From Bacillota bacterium (GTDB lineage Bacteria > Bacillota > SHA-98 > Ch115 > JABLXJ01), in assembly GCA_012839815.1 (NCBI GenBank), contig DUMQ01000146.1, positions 6,141-70,140 of the forward strand: 64,000 nucleotides of DNA, written 5' to 3'. A program made the position numbers and the translations under genes. The notes under the pieces are model-generated. The model saw only the letters and a program-made list of their open reading frames with translations, searched no databases and was not told the origin of the DNA. The number at the start of each line of letters is the position of its first letter. Position 1 is the stretch's first letter. This document shows, piece by piece, positions 28,078 through 40,890 of the stretch.

Positions 28078-28719
28078 ATGGAGGTAAGGGTGAGTCCAAC
28101 CCGGATGCAGCTCCTGCGCACGCGCAAGAGGCTCGCGGTGGCCGTACGGGGTCACAAGCTTCTCAAAGACAAGCGCGACGAGCTCATGAAGAAGTTTCTC
28201 GCGCTCGTGAGGCGTAATAAGGAGTTGCGGGAAGAGGTGGAGGAGAAGCTCGGGAAGGCCTTCAAGAGCTTCCTCATGGCCCGGGCCGTGATGCCCCCCG
28301 AGGTTATCGAGGAGGCCATCATGTATCCCAAACGGGTGCTGGAGTTTGACGCAACCAGCGTAAACATCCTGAGCGTGAAGGTCCCGAAGTTTTCGTGGGC
28401 AGAGAAGGGCGAGGCGCAGGAGAGCGAGATCTACCCGTACGGCCCGGCGGCTACCGCAAGCGAGCTTGATTTCGCCATAGGCTCGCTGGCTGAGGTCTTG
28501 CCCAAGATGATCGAGCTCGCCGAGGTAGAGAAGTCCGTGGAGCTGCTCTCGGCCGAGATCGAGAAGACGCGAAGGCGTGTGAACGCCCTGGAGTACGTCC
28601 TGATCCCGCAGCTTGAGGAGACGGCCCGCTATATCACCATGAAGCTCGATGAGATGGAGCGCGGGAACCTTACAAGGCTTATGAAGGTTAAGGAGATTGT
28701 GAGGGAGCGAGGGGCCTGA
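28078..28719 (+). CDS. ntpD: V/A-type ATP synthase subunit D
   Basis: PTRM.L, RGHKLLKDKRD, EKTRRRVNALE. Confidence 0.97.
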   Translation: MEVRVSPTRMQLLRTRKRLAVAVRGHKLLKDKRDELMKKFLALVRRNKELREEVEEKLGKAFKSFLMARAVMPPEVIEEAIMYPKRVLEFDATSVNILSVKVPKFSWAEKGEAQESEIYPYGPAATASELDFAIGSLAEVLPKMIELAEVEKSVELLSAEIEKTRRRVNALEYVLIPQLEETARYITMKLDEMERGNLTRLMKVKEIVRERGA

Positions 28720-28918
28720 CTGTGAGGCGTTGTGAGTAGTTCGAAAAACCAGGGTGGGAACTATCATTTTTTTTAGTTACAGTATATAATGTAAAAATGG
28801 AGCGGTTTTAAAAATAGGACGGTTTATGGTGCAATTTGAAAGACCTGGGAAACCTGGAGGGGCATGGCGGTAATATGCGGTGCCATGGCATGGGCGTGGC
28901 ACCTGGAGGTGGGCGGAG

Positions 28919-29887
28919 ATGAGCGGAAAGCTGACTTTTATACGGAGGAAGCCCGCCATCGGATTGGCGCTCGGGGCGGGTGGGCTCAGGGGAGCCGCTC
29001 ATATTGGCGTGCTCCAGGTCCTACTCGAGGAGGGCATCCAGCCCGACATGATCTCCGGCACGAGCGCTGGAAGCATAGTAGCCGGCCTTTATGCTTCGGG
29101 GCTTGACCCCGATGAACTAGAAAAGCTGGTACGTGGAATTCGCCCGGAGGAGCTCTTTACAATACGGATAAGTCCCAGGCTCCTGGGGAAGATGATTCTT
29201 AAAATCATCTGTGACTGGCTGCACCTGGAATGCCCCAAATTGAAGGGCGTGCCAGCTGGCATCATAGATGGGAGGGAGCTCGAGGCGCTAATAAGGAAGG
29301 CCTCGGGTGGTAAAGGCTTCGGGGATCTCCGCATACCCTGCGCCATAATCGCGACGGATATCAATTCCGGCGAGACTATAATTTTTACGGGGCCCCGGTG
29401 GATCCCCGACCGGGAGGTGCGGCCCGGCACGGTATTTATTACCGACCAGCCTGTTTCGGTTGCAGCACGCGCCAGTAGCGGTATCCCGGGCATCTTCACC
29501 CCTCTCGAGGTAAAGGGACGCTCCCTTGTGGACGGGGGCGTGAAGGACTATGTCCCGGCCGGCATCCTGAAAAGCATGGGCGCGGACGCGGTTATCGCCG
29601 TGGACCTAGGGTATGCTGGCAAGAGGCGGGAACCCGTGGACAATATCCTCGAGATAGTGATGCAGGCCAGCGATATAATGGGGCGCGAGCTCACTAATGT
29701 TAAGCTCTCGGGCTCGGCCGATGTGATAATAAAGCCAAGGATTTACGATGTAGGGCTTTTGGATTTCGACCGGATACCCGAGTGTATAGAGCGCGGCAGG
29801 GAGGCGGCAAGGGCGAGCCTGCCCGAGATACGCCGCATACTCGATAGCCTCGGCAGGGAGTATAGAGATTCTCGAGCTCGGGAATAG
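28919..29887 (+). CDS. Patatin-like phospholipase
   Basis: LALGAGG.RG.AHIG, GTSAG, DGG. Confidence 0.92.
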   Translation: MSGKLTFIRRKPAIGLALGAGGLRGAAHIGVLQVLLEEGIQPDMISGTSAGSIVAGLYASGLDPDELEKLVRGIRPEELFTIRISPRLLGKMILKIICDWLHLECPKLKGVPAGIIDGRELEALIRKASGGKGFGDLRIPCAIIATDINSGETIIFTGPRWIPDREVRPGTVFITDQPVSVAARASSGIPGIFTPLEVKGRSLVDGGVKDYVPAGILKSMGADAVIAVDLGYAGKRREPVDNILEIVMQASDIMGRELTNVKLSGSADVIIKPRIYDVGLLDFDRIPECIERGREAARASLPEIRRILDSLGREYRDSRARE

Positions 29888-29897
29888 ATACTCAGGG

Positions 29898-31172
29898 GTG
29901 ATATGCATGGCGCATACTGAGGTCCTCGATAACGGTCTTGCCGTCGTTACCGAGGAGATGCCTCACATGAAATCGGTATCCATCAGCATCTGGATCGGGG
30001 CGGGTTCACGATACGAAGATAGCAGTATTAATGGGATATCCCATTTCGTGGAGCACATGTTATTTAAGGGTACCAGGAAGCGGGACAATAACCAGAAGCT
30101 GTCCGTCGCGATAGAGGGTGTGGGCGGCACCATAAACGGCTTTACCAACAAGGAAGCTACATGTTATCTCGTGAAGGTCCCAGGCGAGCATTTTGGAATA
30201 GGCCTCGATGTGCTGTGCGATATGGTCCTCAACTCCCTCTTCCTGCCGGAGGCCATAGAGAAGGAAAGGACTGTCGTGGTTGAGGAGATCAGGATGGTCC
30301 ATGACAAGTCCGATGCCTGGGTACATATCCTACTCGACGAGCTCATGTGGCCAGGGGAGCCGCTTGGCCGGAGCATCGCAGGGACCGAGGAAGTTATTCG
30401 CTCCCTATCCCGGGATGATATCTTGAAATACGTCCGCGGCCTTTATGTCCCCAAGAATATCGTCGTGAGCATCGCGGGGAATTTCAAGACGGCGGATGCG
30501 ATCGATGCCGTGTCCCGGTACTTTGCGGATGGGAAGGGCGAGCCGGGTCGCAAGTGGGCGGAGCCCGAGGGGGGAAAGGGCGGCTCCAAGGTCTTGGTCG
30601 AGAAACGCGATATCAAACAGGCCAATTTTGCGATCGGGTTGGGCGCTTACGGGCGGACCCACCCTGACCGGTACGTCCTCGAGGTCCTCAACGCCGCCCT
30701 CGGGTGGGGGATGAGTTCCAGGCTATTCCAGGAGGTTCGCGTGAAACGGGGTCTTGCCTATGCCGTGGGGTCGGACTTTGAGACCTACGTGGATACAGGG
30801 CTCTTCAAGGTTTACGCGGGCGTGGACCCGGCCAGGGGGCCCGAGGCGACCAGGGTGGTCCTGGACGAACTCTGGAAGATTAGGGACAATGGCCTTTCCG
30901 AGGAGGAGCTGCGGTTCGCGAAGGACTTTTTCAAGGGGAGCCTCGCCCTGAGGCTGGAGGATACGCTGAATTTATCGCTTCGTATGGGCGATTCGCAGCT
31001 TCTTACAGGCCGCGTGATCCCGGTGGACGAGGTCATGGCCAAGATCGAGGCTGTAACTGTAGACGATATCAAGCGTGTCGCTGCCGATATCCTCCGCCCT
31101 GATGGCCTGAGGATGGCGGCTGTCGGGCCTTTCGAAAATGAGGAGGCCATGAAGGCAGCGATAGCGGTCTAA
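29898..31172 (+). CDS. M16 (pitrilysin) family peptidase
   Basis: HFVEHMLFKGT, SSRLFQEVR.KRGLAY. Confidence 0.95.
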   Translation: MICMAHTEVLDNGLAVVTEEMPHMKSVSISIWIGAGSRYEDSSINGISHFVEHMLFKGTRKRDNNQKLSVAIEGVGGTINGFTNKEATCYLVKVPGEHFGIGLDVLCDMVLNSLFLPEAIEKERTVVVEEIRMVHDKSDAWVHILLDELMWPGEPLGRSIAGTEEVIRSLSRDDILKYVRGLYVPKNIVVSIAGNFKTADAIDAVSRYFADGKGEPGRKWAEPEGGKGGSKVLVEKRDIKQANFAIGLGAYGRTHPDRYVLEVLNAALGWGMSSRLFQEVRVKRGLAYAVGSDFETYVDTGLFKVYAGVDPARGPEATRVVLDELWKIRDNGLSEEELRFAKDFFKGSLALRLEDTLNLSLRMGDSQLLTGRVIPVDEVMAKIEAVTVDDIKRVAADILRPDGLRMAAVGPFENEEAMKAAIAV

Positions 31173-31200
31173 GTGGGAAACCTGGGAAACTGGAGGGGAA

Positions 31201-32892
31201 ATGGTGTCGTATAACATCGCAGAGAAAATCCGGGTTGAACTTGAGGAGATGATAAGAAACTCGATCCGAGGGGCACAGGAGGAGGGCGAACTCCCGCCTT
31301 TTGATGTACCCGTTGTTCCAATAGAAGCCTCCCGGGACAGGTCGCACGGTGACTTTGCAACCACGGTTGCGCTTACGCTGGCCAGGAGCGCGCGCATGGC
31401 CCCGCGCGCTATCGCCACGATTCTGGCCAAGCGCATCAGCGCCCCCTGTGGCTATGTAGAGAGGGTGGAGGTCGCGGGCCCGGGTTTCATAAACTTCTTT
31501 TTGAATCGGGTGTGGCTCGAGGAAACTCTGATTATGATCGAGGACGCCGGCACGGCCTACGGGACCAGCGATTTTGGCGGCGGCGCCAGGATCCAGATTG
31601 AGTTTGTGAGCGCAAATCCAACCGGGCCTATGAATGTAGTAAACGCCCGGGCCGGAGCCGTGGGCGATACCCTGGCCAACATCTTCGCGGCCGCCGGCTA
31701 CCAGGTGTCGCGCGAATATTATATTAACGACGCCGGGAACCAGGTGGACGTGCTCGGCAAGTCCGTCGAGCTTAGATACAGACAGTTGCTAGGGGAGCCA
31801 GTGGAGCTCTCCCCTGAATGCTACCAGGGGGACTACATCACTGATCTCGCGCGCCGGGCCCTGGATGAAAGGGGCCGGGATATCGCCAGCATGTCCGACG
31901 ATGAGCGGCGCAACTTTTTTAAAAGCTACGCGGTCGCTGAGATACTGCGTATGCAGCGGGAATCGCTCCGGAACTTTGGCGTGGAGTTCGATGTATGGTT
32001 TTCGGAAAAGACCCTCGAGGATTCGGGGGCGGACAAGCAGGTTATGGAGATCCTGGACTCGAAGGGCCTCCTCTACGAGAAGGACGGGGCGATCTGGTTC
32101 AAGTCAACGGCCTTTGGGGACGACAAGGACAGGGTTGTCGTTAAGAGGGACGGGAAATACACATACCTGCTGCGCGACCTCGCATATCACAAGAATAAGC
32201 TCGACCGGGGTTTTGACAGGATCATAGATATATGGGGCCCCGACCACCACGGCTACGTCGCACGAACGAAAGCGGGCGTGCAGGCCCTTGGCTATCCTCA
32301 AGATGCCCTGGAGGTGCTGCTCCTCCAGCTCGTGACCCTTTACTCCCACGGGGAGCAGGTCAGGATGTCGAAGCGGGCCGGTGAGTTCATCACCATGGAC
32401 GAGCTGATCCAGGAAGTCGGCAAGGATGCCGCGCGTTACTTTTTTGTGATGAGGAACATCGACAGCCATCTCGACTTCGATATGGAGCTCGCCAAGGAGC
32501 AGTCGCAGGAGAATCCGGTGTACTATATCCAGTATGCCCACGCCAGGCTTTCGAGCATCATGCGACAGGCGGCCGAGCTTGGAGTGAAGTACGTCCCTGC
32601 GCGGGAGGCCAATCTCGGGCTCCTGGCCGAGGATGCCGAGGTGGAGCTCATAAAGAAGCTTGCGGCGTTCCCGGATGAGATCATCGCGGCTGCCCGGGAC
32701 CGGGCGCCAAATCGCATAGCCAAGTATGCGCTGGACCTGGCCGGGATGTTCCATTCCTTCTACAATAGTTACAGAGTGCTAAGCGATGACCGGGAGCTGA
32801 CTGCCGCCAGGCTGGTGCTGGCGAACGCAACCCGGATCGTCCTGCGCAATCTCCTGGGTATCCTGGGGGTTTCGGCCCCGGAGCGCATGTAA
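31201..32892 (+). CDS. argS: Arginine--tRNA ligase
   Basis: GPGFINF, EFVSANPTGP, MSKR.G, YIQYAHAR, APERM. Confidence 0.98.
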   Translation: MVSYNIAEKIRVELEEMIRNSIRGAQEEGELPPFDVPVVPIEASRDRSHGDFATTVALTLARSARMAPRAIATILAKRISAPCGYVERVEVAGPGFINFFLNRVWLEETLIMIEDAGTAYGTSDFGGGARIQIEFVSANPTGPMNVVNARAGAVGDTLANIFAAAGYQVSREYYINDAGNQVDVLGKSVELRYRQLLGEPVELSPECYQGDYITDLARRALDERGRDIASMSDDERRNFFKSYAVAEILRMQRESLRNFGVEFDVWFSEKTLEDSGADKQVMEILDSKGLLYEKDGAIWFKSTAFGDDKDRVVVKRDGKYTYLLRDLAYHKNKLDRGFDRIIDIWGPDHHGYVARTKAGVQALGYPQDALEVLLLQLVTLYSHGEQVRMSKRAGEFITMDELIQEVGKDAARYFFVMRNIDSHLDFDMELAKEQSQENPVYYIQYAHARLSSIMRQAAELGVKYVPAREANLGLLAEDAEVELIKKLAAFPDEIIAAARDRAPNRIAKYALDLAGMFHSFYNSYRVLSDDRELTAARLVLANATRIVLRNLLGILGVSAPERM

Positions 32893-32928
32893 CCCCCATG
32901 GGAAATAGAGATTGGGAGGGGCAGGGGG

Positions 32929-33699
32929 ATGGGGAGAATCGGTGATGAAGTCCGGAAGGCGGGAGCCGTCTTTGTCAAGTCCATAAAGGATTCCTACGGC
33001 TACCTCGGCACCGTGCTCATGAACAGCATTATGTGGTTCATCTGGACCATTGTCGTGGTCATGGGCGCTTCGCTGTTTACGAGGTCCATATGGGTGGTGG
33101 CGGCGATTGCACTGGTGGGAACTGCGCCTGCTACGGCTGCGGCCTCATACGTCGTGTTCCTGGCCTTGAAGAGGGAAGATATTGGGATCAGGGATTTTAT
33201 CAAGGGCTTCAGGCGATTTGGTGCCCGTGCGCTTGGCGTCATGGCCGCCGAGCTTCTCCTGGTGGCGGTTCTCGTAGCTGATATCGTATTTTGCTTCACC
33301 CACAGGAACCCCATTATAAAGGCCGTGGGCGGTATATGGGTATATGCACTTCTCTTCGTTTTGATGATGATGAACTACCTGGTCCCGTTGGTGGTCCAGC
33401 AGGACACCGGCGTCAGGAAGGCCCTGAAGCGCTCAGCCCTGCTTATCCTGGACAACCCTTTCTTCTCGATCCTCATGTCTCTTTTTAACCTCCTGGTGGC
33501 CGTCGTGTGCGTGGTTATCGCCCCTGCATTTGCGTTGCTCTTCATGGGGATTTTGAGCTTTCTCCAGGGCAATGGTGCCGTGGAGGTGCTCAAGAAATAC
33601 GATATTCATACCATCCCGGAGGAGGATCCCTACGTCCCGGAGAATCTCTCCCCCCGGGAACTCTCCGCTGAGGGAAGGAGTGCAGACGATGAGGCTTAG
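32929..33699 (+). CDS. DUF624/YesL-like membrane protein
   Basis: Multi-TM; PATAA, DFIKGFRR and ALKRSALL.LDN patterns. Confidence 0.7.
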   Translation: MGRIGDEVRKAGAVFVKSIKDSYGYLGTVLMNSIMWFIWTIVVVMGASLFTRSIWVVAAIALVGTAPATAAASYVVFLALKREDIGIRDFIKGFRRFGARALGVMAAELLLVAVLVADIVFCFTHRNPIIKAVGGIWVYALLFVLMMMNYLVPLVVQQDTGVRKALKRSALLILDNPFFSILMSLFNLLVAVVCVVIAPAFALLFMGILSFLQGNGAVEVLKKYDIHTIPEEDPYVPENLSPRELSAEGRSADDEA

Positions 33700-34330
33700 G
33701 TGGTTTGGACACGCGTGCTTTATGATAACGAGTTCCTCTTCGGGGGTCAAGATTCTCACCGACCCCTTCGATGAGACGGTGGGGTACGCCGTGCCGTCGG
33801 TGAAGGCCGACATAGTCACGGTAAGCCATGATCATTTCGACCACAACAATGTCAAGTGTGTGGAAGGCGATCCCGTTGTTGTAAAGACGCCGGGGAAGCA
33901 CGAGGTGAAGGGCATCCGCATACATGGTGTTGCCACTTACCATGATGCAGAAGCGGGCAGGAAACGCGGTCGCAACGTGGTGTTCGTGGCCGATGTGGAC
34001 GGCCTGCAGGTATGCCACCTGGGCGATCTAGGGCATACCCTCGACCCTGTCAAGGTTGGGGAGATAGGACATGTTGATGTGTTGATGGTGCCCGTTGGAG
34101 GGAATTTCACCATAGACGCCGAAGCCGCCACGAAGGTGGTCGACGCGCTTAAGCCCGCCGTGGTGATCCCGATGCATTACAAGACTCCTGCCCTGGCTTT
34201 CCCCATAGACCCTGTTGACAAGTTCCTTGCAGACAAGGATAATATAGTGCGGACGAATTCTGTGTCGCTCGAGCTTTCGGCGCAGGATATCCCGGAGGAG
34301 AGGACGGTGTACGTGCTCTCTTACGAGTGA
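33689..34330 (+). CDS. MBL-fold Zn-dependent hydrolase
   Basis: WFGHACF, TDPF, SHDHFDH, HLGDLGH, PMHY. Confidence 0.9.
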   Translation: MRLRWFGHACFMITSSSSGVKILTDPFDETVGYAVPSVKADIVTVSHDHFDHNNVKCVEGDPVVVKTPGKHEVKGIRIHGVATYHDAEAGRKRGRNVVFVADVDGLQVCHLGDLGHTLDPVKVGEIGHVDVLMVPVGGNFTIDAEAATKVVDALKPAVVIPMHYKTPALAFPIDPVDKFLADKDNIVRTNSVSLELSAQDIPEERTVYVLSYE

Positions 34331-35998
<1,668 letters not shown>

Positions 35999-36145
35999 AT
36001 TTTGAGTGCAGGGTAATAATTGTAATACTTGTTTGTAATGCTTATGTGTAATACTTGTGTCATCCTGCATGAGAAAGAGGAATTTCTGCGCGGGCGGCGA
36101 ATAAGTCGTGGTAGTAAAGTCGGGCGGGGCTTGGGGGTACGCAAG

Positions 36146-36814
36146 ATGTTGATCAAGACGACGAGGACTCTAGCTTTGAGGTGTCCTTCCTGTGGGAGGC
36201 TCGACTATCATGTATTCTCCCTTTTTTACTTCACCCACAACAGGGTTCTTAAAGTCTCCTGTCCTTGTGGCGAGACCAAGGCCGTTATATCAACCAAGGA
36301 TTACAGGAGATACTTCTTTAATATCCCCTGCATAGTCTGCGAGACCTCCCATGTGATCACGCTGGATGGATTGAGGTTCTGCCAGGACGACTTGACCACC
36401 CTGGTGTGCCCCGAAACAGCCCTGGAGCTCGGGTATCTTGGTCGCACCAAGAAGATCAAGAGCGCCATAAGGAGCTATCAATATGACGTCGAGTCTCTCA
36501 TAAACGATCTCGGCTTCGAGGATTACTTCAAGGCCCCCGAGGTCATGCTTGAGACTTTGAAGCACCTTCATAAGATTGCAAGTTCCGGTAATTTATATTG
36601 CCAATGTGGTAATTATAATATCGAGGTTGATATTTATCCTGAGAAGTTGGAGCTTCACTGTCCCAGGTGCGACAGCATAAATATAATATATGCCGAGACC
36701 AAAGATGACCTCGACGTGGTCAGGAAGGTAAAGAGTATCGAGCTTACCAAGGGCGGTTTCAATCGTATCGACACCGGCAAGTTTGGTGCGCGCAAGACCC
36801 ACAAGAAAAGCTGA
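36146..36814 (+). CDS. Hypothetical multi-CxxC zinc-binding protein
   Basis: CPSC, CPC, CIVC..H, CQC, CPRC; SigH-type motif upstream at 36076-36102. Confidence 0.75.
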   Translation: MLIKTTRTLALRCPSCGRLDYHVFSLFYFTHNRVLKVSCPCGETKAVISTKDYRRYFFNIPCIVCETSHVITLDGLRFCQDDLTTLVCPETALELGYLGRTKKIKSAIRSYQYDVESLINDLGFEDYFKAPEVMLETLKHLHKIASSGNLYCQCGNYNIEVDIYPEKLELHCPRCDSINIIYAETKDDLDVVRKVKSIELTKGGFNRIDTGKFGARKTHKKS

Positions 36815-37028
36815 GACCGCGGGCCTACACCTCTTTCCTGCAGAATTTTCCCGTATCCGTTATCCGTTTTGTTGTGTTGTCAATGGATTTCCTGCTATTT
36901 AGACAGCCTCCGGATAGACTATAATGTTCCCTTGACAAGGCCAACGGCTATAGAGGCCTGTATCATTGTATGTTTTTGTCATATAAGATATATTCAGGAA
37001 AGATAAAGATATAGATTTAGATAAAACT

Positions 37029-38339
37029 ATGGAAGGTGAATTACCCGTGTTGAATATTGCTGAATTAGAGAGCAAGACGATACCTGAATTATATGAAATC
37101 GCCCGCGGGCTGCAGATTGCGGGTTATTCAAAGATGAGAAAGAAGGACCTGATCTTCGAAATCCTTAAGGTCCAGATCGAGAAGGAAGGATTACTATTTG
37201 CAGAAGGGATCCTTGAGATAATGCCGGATGGTTTCGGTTTTCTCAGGGTCGCGGGCCTGTCGCCAAGCCAGGATGACATCTATGTCTCCCCATCTCAAAT
37301 ACGCCGTTTTAACCTCAGGACGGGTGACCTTATATCCGGCCAGGTCAGGCCGCCTAAGGAGAATGAGAAGTATTTCGCCCTCCTGAGGGTGGAGGCCGTA
37401 AATTCCACGGATCCGGAAGCCGCCGGCAAGAGGTTGCACTTTGAGGACCTTACGCCGATCTATCCAAATCAGAGGATCAAGCTTGAGACCGACCCAAAAG
37501 AGATCACAACCCGCATGATAGACATAATGGCGCCTCTTGGGAAAGGGCAGCGCGGGTTGATAGTATCGCCGCCCAAGGCCGGGAAGACGACCGTCCTCAA
37601 GAAGATCGCAAACGCTATATCCGCTAATCACCCCGAGATAGAGATTCTCGTGCTCCTGGTCGACGAAAGGCCCGAGGAAGTTACAGATATGGAGAGGTCG
37701 GTTAAGGGAGTGGTAACGAGCTCAACCTTTGACCAGCCCCCTGACAACCATATCAGGGTCGCCGAGATGGTTCTTGAGCGCGCCAAGAGGCTTGTGGAAC
37801 ACAAAAAAGACGTGGTTATCCTCCTGGATAGTATAACCCGCCTCGCCCGGGCGTACAATCTTGTAGAGCCCCCCAGCGGCAGGACATTATCCGGTGGGTT
37901 GGACCCGAGCGCGCTTCACCGGCCCAAGCGCTTTTTCGGTGCTGCGCGTAACATCGAAGAGGGGGGGAGCCTGACTATCCTCGCGACAGCTCTTGTAGAG
38001 ACGGGGAGTCGTATGGATGATGTCATCTACGAAGAATTTAAAGGGACCGGGAATATGGAGATCCATCTTGACAGGCGCCTCGCCGAGCGGAGGATATTCC
38101 CGGCGATCGATATCTACAGGTCCGGGACCCGGAAGGAGGAATTGCTCTTAACCCCAGAGGAGCTGGATATGGTCTGGCTCCTGCGGAAGGCTTTCGGGTC
38201 TCTTGGAATCGCAGATACAACCGAGCTTGTGCTGGAACGCCTGACCCATACAAAGAGCAACGAGGAGTTCAGGCAGCTTGTTGTGAAATCCCAGTTTGCG
38301 GAGAACGTCAGGGCGGTCAGCGGGGGCCTGGCCCCGTAG
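37029..38339 (+). CDS. rho: Transcription termination factor Rho
   Basis: [44 protein letters not shown]. Confidence 0.99.
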   Translation: MEGELPVLNIAELESKTIPELYEIARGLQIAGYSKMRKKDLIFEILKVQIEKEGLLFAEGILEIMPDGFGFLRVAGLSPSQDDIYVSPSQIRRFNLRTGDLISGQVRPPKENEKYFALLRVEAVNSTDPEAAGKRLHFEDLTPIYPNQRIKLETDPKEITTRMIDIMAPLGKGQRGLIVSPPKAGKTTVLKKIANAISANHPEIEILVLLVDERPEEVTDMERSVKGVVTSSTFDQPPDNHIRVAEMVLERAKRLVEHKKDVVILLDSITRLARAYNLVEPPSGRTLSGGLDPSALHRPKRFFGAARNIEEGGSLTILATALVETGSRMDDVIYEEFKGTGNMEIHLDRRLAERRIFPAIDIYRSGTRKEELLLTPEELDMVWLLRKAFGSLGIADTTELVLERLTHTKSNEEFRQLVVKSQFAENVRAVSGGLAP

Positions 38340-38429
38340 TTAAAATCCGTAAATTTCCACTTGCATAGTTAGCTGGGCGAATGTTACACTCTACGTTGCA
38401 GGTGAGTCACAGATCTGGGAGGACAGCCG

Positions 38430-39731
38430 GTGACTAGAATCAGGATTCAGGGCGGTAGACGACTCGATGGCATTGTGAAGATAAGCGGCGCAAAGAACGC
38501 AGCATTGCCCATAATGGCTGCATCCCTTTTATCGGACGGCGAAGTTATCCTTGAAGACATCCCGAGGCTTGAAGATGTCCGCACGATCCAGGAGGTCCTG
38601 CGCAGCCTCGGCGTCAAGGTCACAGCGGGTCAATCCGGGAAATCCCTCTTAAGGCTGGATGCCAGCAATGTAAGAGTCGCAGAGGCTCCCTATGACCTTG
38701 TGCGGAAGATGAGGGCCTCTTTTCTTGTTATGGGGCCCCTGCTGGCCCGGTTTAGATATGCCAAGATGTTTTTGCCCGGGGGATGCGCCATCGGGACCAG
38801 GCCCATTGACCTCCATTTGAAGGGCTTCGAGGCGCTAGGGGCCAGCATCACCAGGGAACATGGGTACGTCGAGGCTACGGCGAGGCATGGGCTTTCGGGG
38901 GGTCACGTCTACCTTGACTTCCCAAGCGTCGGGGCGACTGAGAATATAATAATGGCTGCGACGCTGGCCAGGGGGACCACCATCATCGAGAATGCCGCCA
39001 AGGAACCGGAGGTCGTGGACCTGGCGAGCTTCCTCAACGCTATGGGGGCGAATATTCGCGGCGCCGGAACCAATATTGTTCGCATCGAAGGCGTGGAACG
39101 TCTCGGCGGCGTAACCCATGCGATCCTGCCCGACAGAATTGAGGCCGGGACCTACATGATAGCTGCCGCTATAACTCACGCGGATGTATTCGTCAAGAAT
39201 GCATTGCCCGAACACCTCAAGCCACTCATCGCCAAGCTGCGAGAGATAGGCGTGCGCATCGATGAGGAGACCGCAGGGATCAGGGTTAGGTCCGGCGGTG
39301 TGCTGAAGAGTGTCGACGTGAAGACTATGCCGTACCCCGGGTTCCCCACTGACCTGCAGGCGCAGGTTGCGGCCTTGCTATCCATAGCCCAGGGCACGAG
39401 CATTGTAACTGAGACGGTATTTGAAAACAGGTTCATGTACGTTGATGAATTGAAGAGGATGGGTGCAAACATCAAGATCGATGGGAGGACGGCCATTATC
39501 GAGGGTGTACCTCGCCTCACGGGCGCTCCGGTCAAAGCGACCGACCTGCGGGCCGGTGCGGCTCTCATCCTGGCGGCTCTTGCTGCAGAAGGCGAAACAG
39601 AGATATCAGAGGTTCATCACATTGATCGTGGGTATGAGAATATCGAGGCTAAACTCTCGAAGCTGGGCGCGAAGATTGAGAGGATCGAGAGTGAGATAGA
39701 GGGTTCTAAACCCCTGGACGTTGCAATATAG
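38430..39731 (+). CDS. murA: UDP-N-acetylglucosamine 1-carboxyvinyltransferase
   Basis: [39 protein letters not shown]. Confidence 0.98.
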   Translation: MTRIRIQGGRRLDGIVKISGAKNAALPIMAASLLSDGEVILEDIPRLEDVRTIQEVLRSLGVKVTAGQSGKSLLRLDASNVRVAEAPYDLVRKMRASFLVMGPLLARFRYAKMFLPGGCAIGTRPIDLHLKGFEALGASITREHGYVEATARHGLSGGHVYLDFPSVGATENIIMAATLARGTTIIENAAKEPEVVDLASFLNAMGANIRGAGTNIVRIEGVERLGGVTHAILPDRIEAGTYMIAAAITHADVFVKNALPEHLKPLIAKLREIGVRIDEETAGIRVRSGGVLKSVDVKTMPYPGFPTDLQAQVAALLSIAQGTSIVTETVFENRFMYVDELKRMGANIKIDGRTAIIEGVPRLTGAPVKATDLRAGAALILAALAAEGETEISEVHHIDRGYENIEAKLSKLGAKIERIESEIEGSKPLDVAI

Positions 39732-39792
39732 ATAGTATAGATTCCTTAGACAAGCATAGGCAAAGCACCTGCTGCGATCCAGGGGGCGCTAT

Positions 39793-40830
39793 TTGATGAG
39801 ACGAATAGTGTTTTTCGTCGTTGCCTTCTGTTTTGTGGTTGTCATTGTCCTTCCTTCCCTCATAGCTCTCAGGGGGTGCAGCCTTACGGTGCCTCCCGCG
39901 CCCCCGCTCGCATCGAGCCCTGAGATATCCGTATACGTCGAGGCGCAAAAGAAAATTGTCAAGATGCCCCTGGAGCAATACCTTCTGGGGGTGGTTGCGG
40001 CGGAGATGCCTGCGTCTTTTGCGCTCGAGGCTCTCAAAGCACAGGCCGTAGCTGCGCGCACCTTTGCTTTGAAGCGCATGAGGGCTTTCGGTGGCCAAGG
40101 GTGCCCGGAACACCCCGGGGCTGATGTATGTACGGATCACCGTCACTGCCAGGCGTGGAAATCCGCGGATGATATGCGGAGGATGTGGGGGTACTTTGAG
40201 TTTATCCCGTATTATTACAAGGTCTCGCAGGCTGTCAAAGCCACAGAGGGTTACGTCATAACCTACCAGGGGAAATTAATAGATGCGGCTTACCATTCGA
40301 ATTGCGGGGGCGCAACCGATGACGCTGCAGATGTGTGGTCGGCCCCGGTGCCCTATCTCCGGGGAAAGCCGTGCAATTTTCACATGGGTAGCCAGGTTTT
40401 TCGTGAACAGAAGGCCTTTAGCCTGGAAGAGCTCGAACGGAGACTGGGGGTCTCTTTTGCTGTGAGGAAGGTGATGACGCAAAGGGTGAACGGGAGGACC
40501 GTGGATGTGATCAGCCGCGTCCCCATGGCCGGGCTGGTTGATGTAATAGCTCAGTCCCCGCAGGGACGCGTGAAGACCATCCGTATAGGGGATAAGATAT
40601 TCAACGGGGCTGACCTCCGGGACAAACTGGGGCTCAGGTCCACACGGCTCTCGTGGAGGATAAGCGGGAATGAGGTCTTAATCCAGACTACCGGTTACGG
40701 CCACGGTGTAGGCATGTGCCAGTACGGGGCAGACGGGATGGCGCGGCAGGGCAAGAGCTTTGAAGATATCCTGAAGTACTATTACACAGGGGTTGAGGTG
40801 GTCAGGCTTACTACTGGCGTCGAACGGTAA
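39793..40830 (+). CDS. spoIID: Stage II sporulation protein D
   Basis: LGVVAAEMPASF..EALKAQAVAART, TD..HCQ, GYGHGVGMCQYGA; follows murA. Confidence 0.96.
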   Translation: MMRRIVFFVVAFCFVVVIVLPSLIALRGCSLTVPPAPPLASSPEISVYVEAQKKIVKMPLEQYLLGVVAAEMPASFALEALKAQAVAARTFALKRMRAFGGQGCPEHPGADVCTDHRHCQAWKSADDMRRMWGYFEFIPYYYKVSQAVKATEGYVITYQGKLIDAAYHSNCGGATDDAADVWSAPVPYLRGKPCNFHMGSQVFREQKAFSLEELERRLGVSFAVRKVMTQRVNGRTVDVISRVPMAGLVDVIAQSPQGRVKTIRIGDKIFNGADLRDKLGLRSTRLSWRISGNEVLIQTTGYGHGVGMCQYGADGMARQGKSFEDILKYYYTGVEVVRLTTGVER

Positions 40831-40844
40831 TACGGGTTTAATCT

Positions 40845-40873
40845 GCATAAAGAGGAAATAAGTGGGCATAATA
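40845..40873 (+). promoter_or_regulatory. SigF/SigG-type forespore promoter motif
   Basis: GCATA...GGGCATAATA just upstream of the spoIIQ-like gene. Confidence 0.5.
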
Positions 40874-40890
40874 AAGTCCGGGGTGATAGG

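Noticed and set aside
24916-28767. Long minus-strand ORFs (519, 420 and 241 aa)
   Set aside because: Shadow ORFs opposite ntpA/B/D, expected in GC-rich coding DNA
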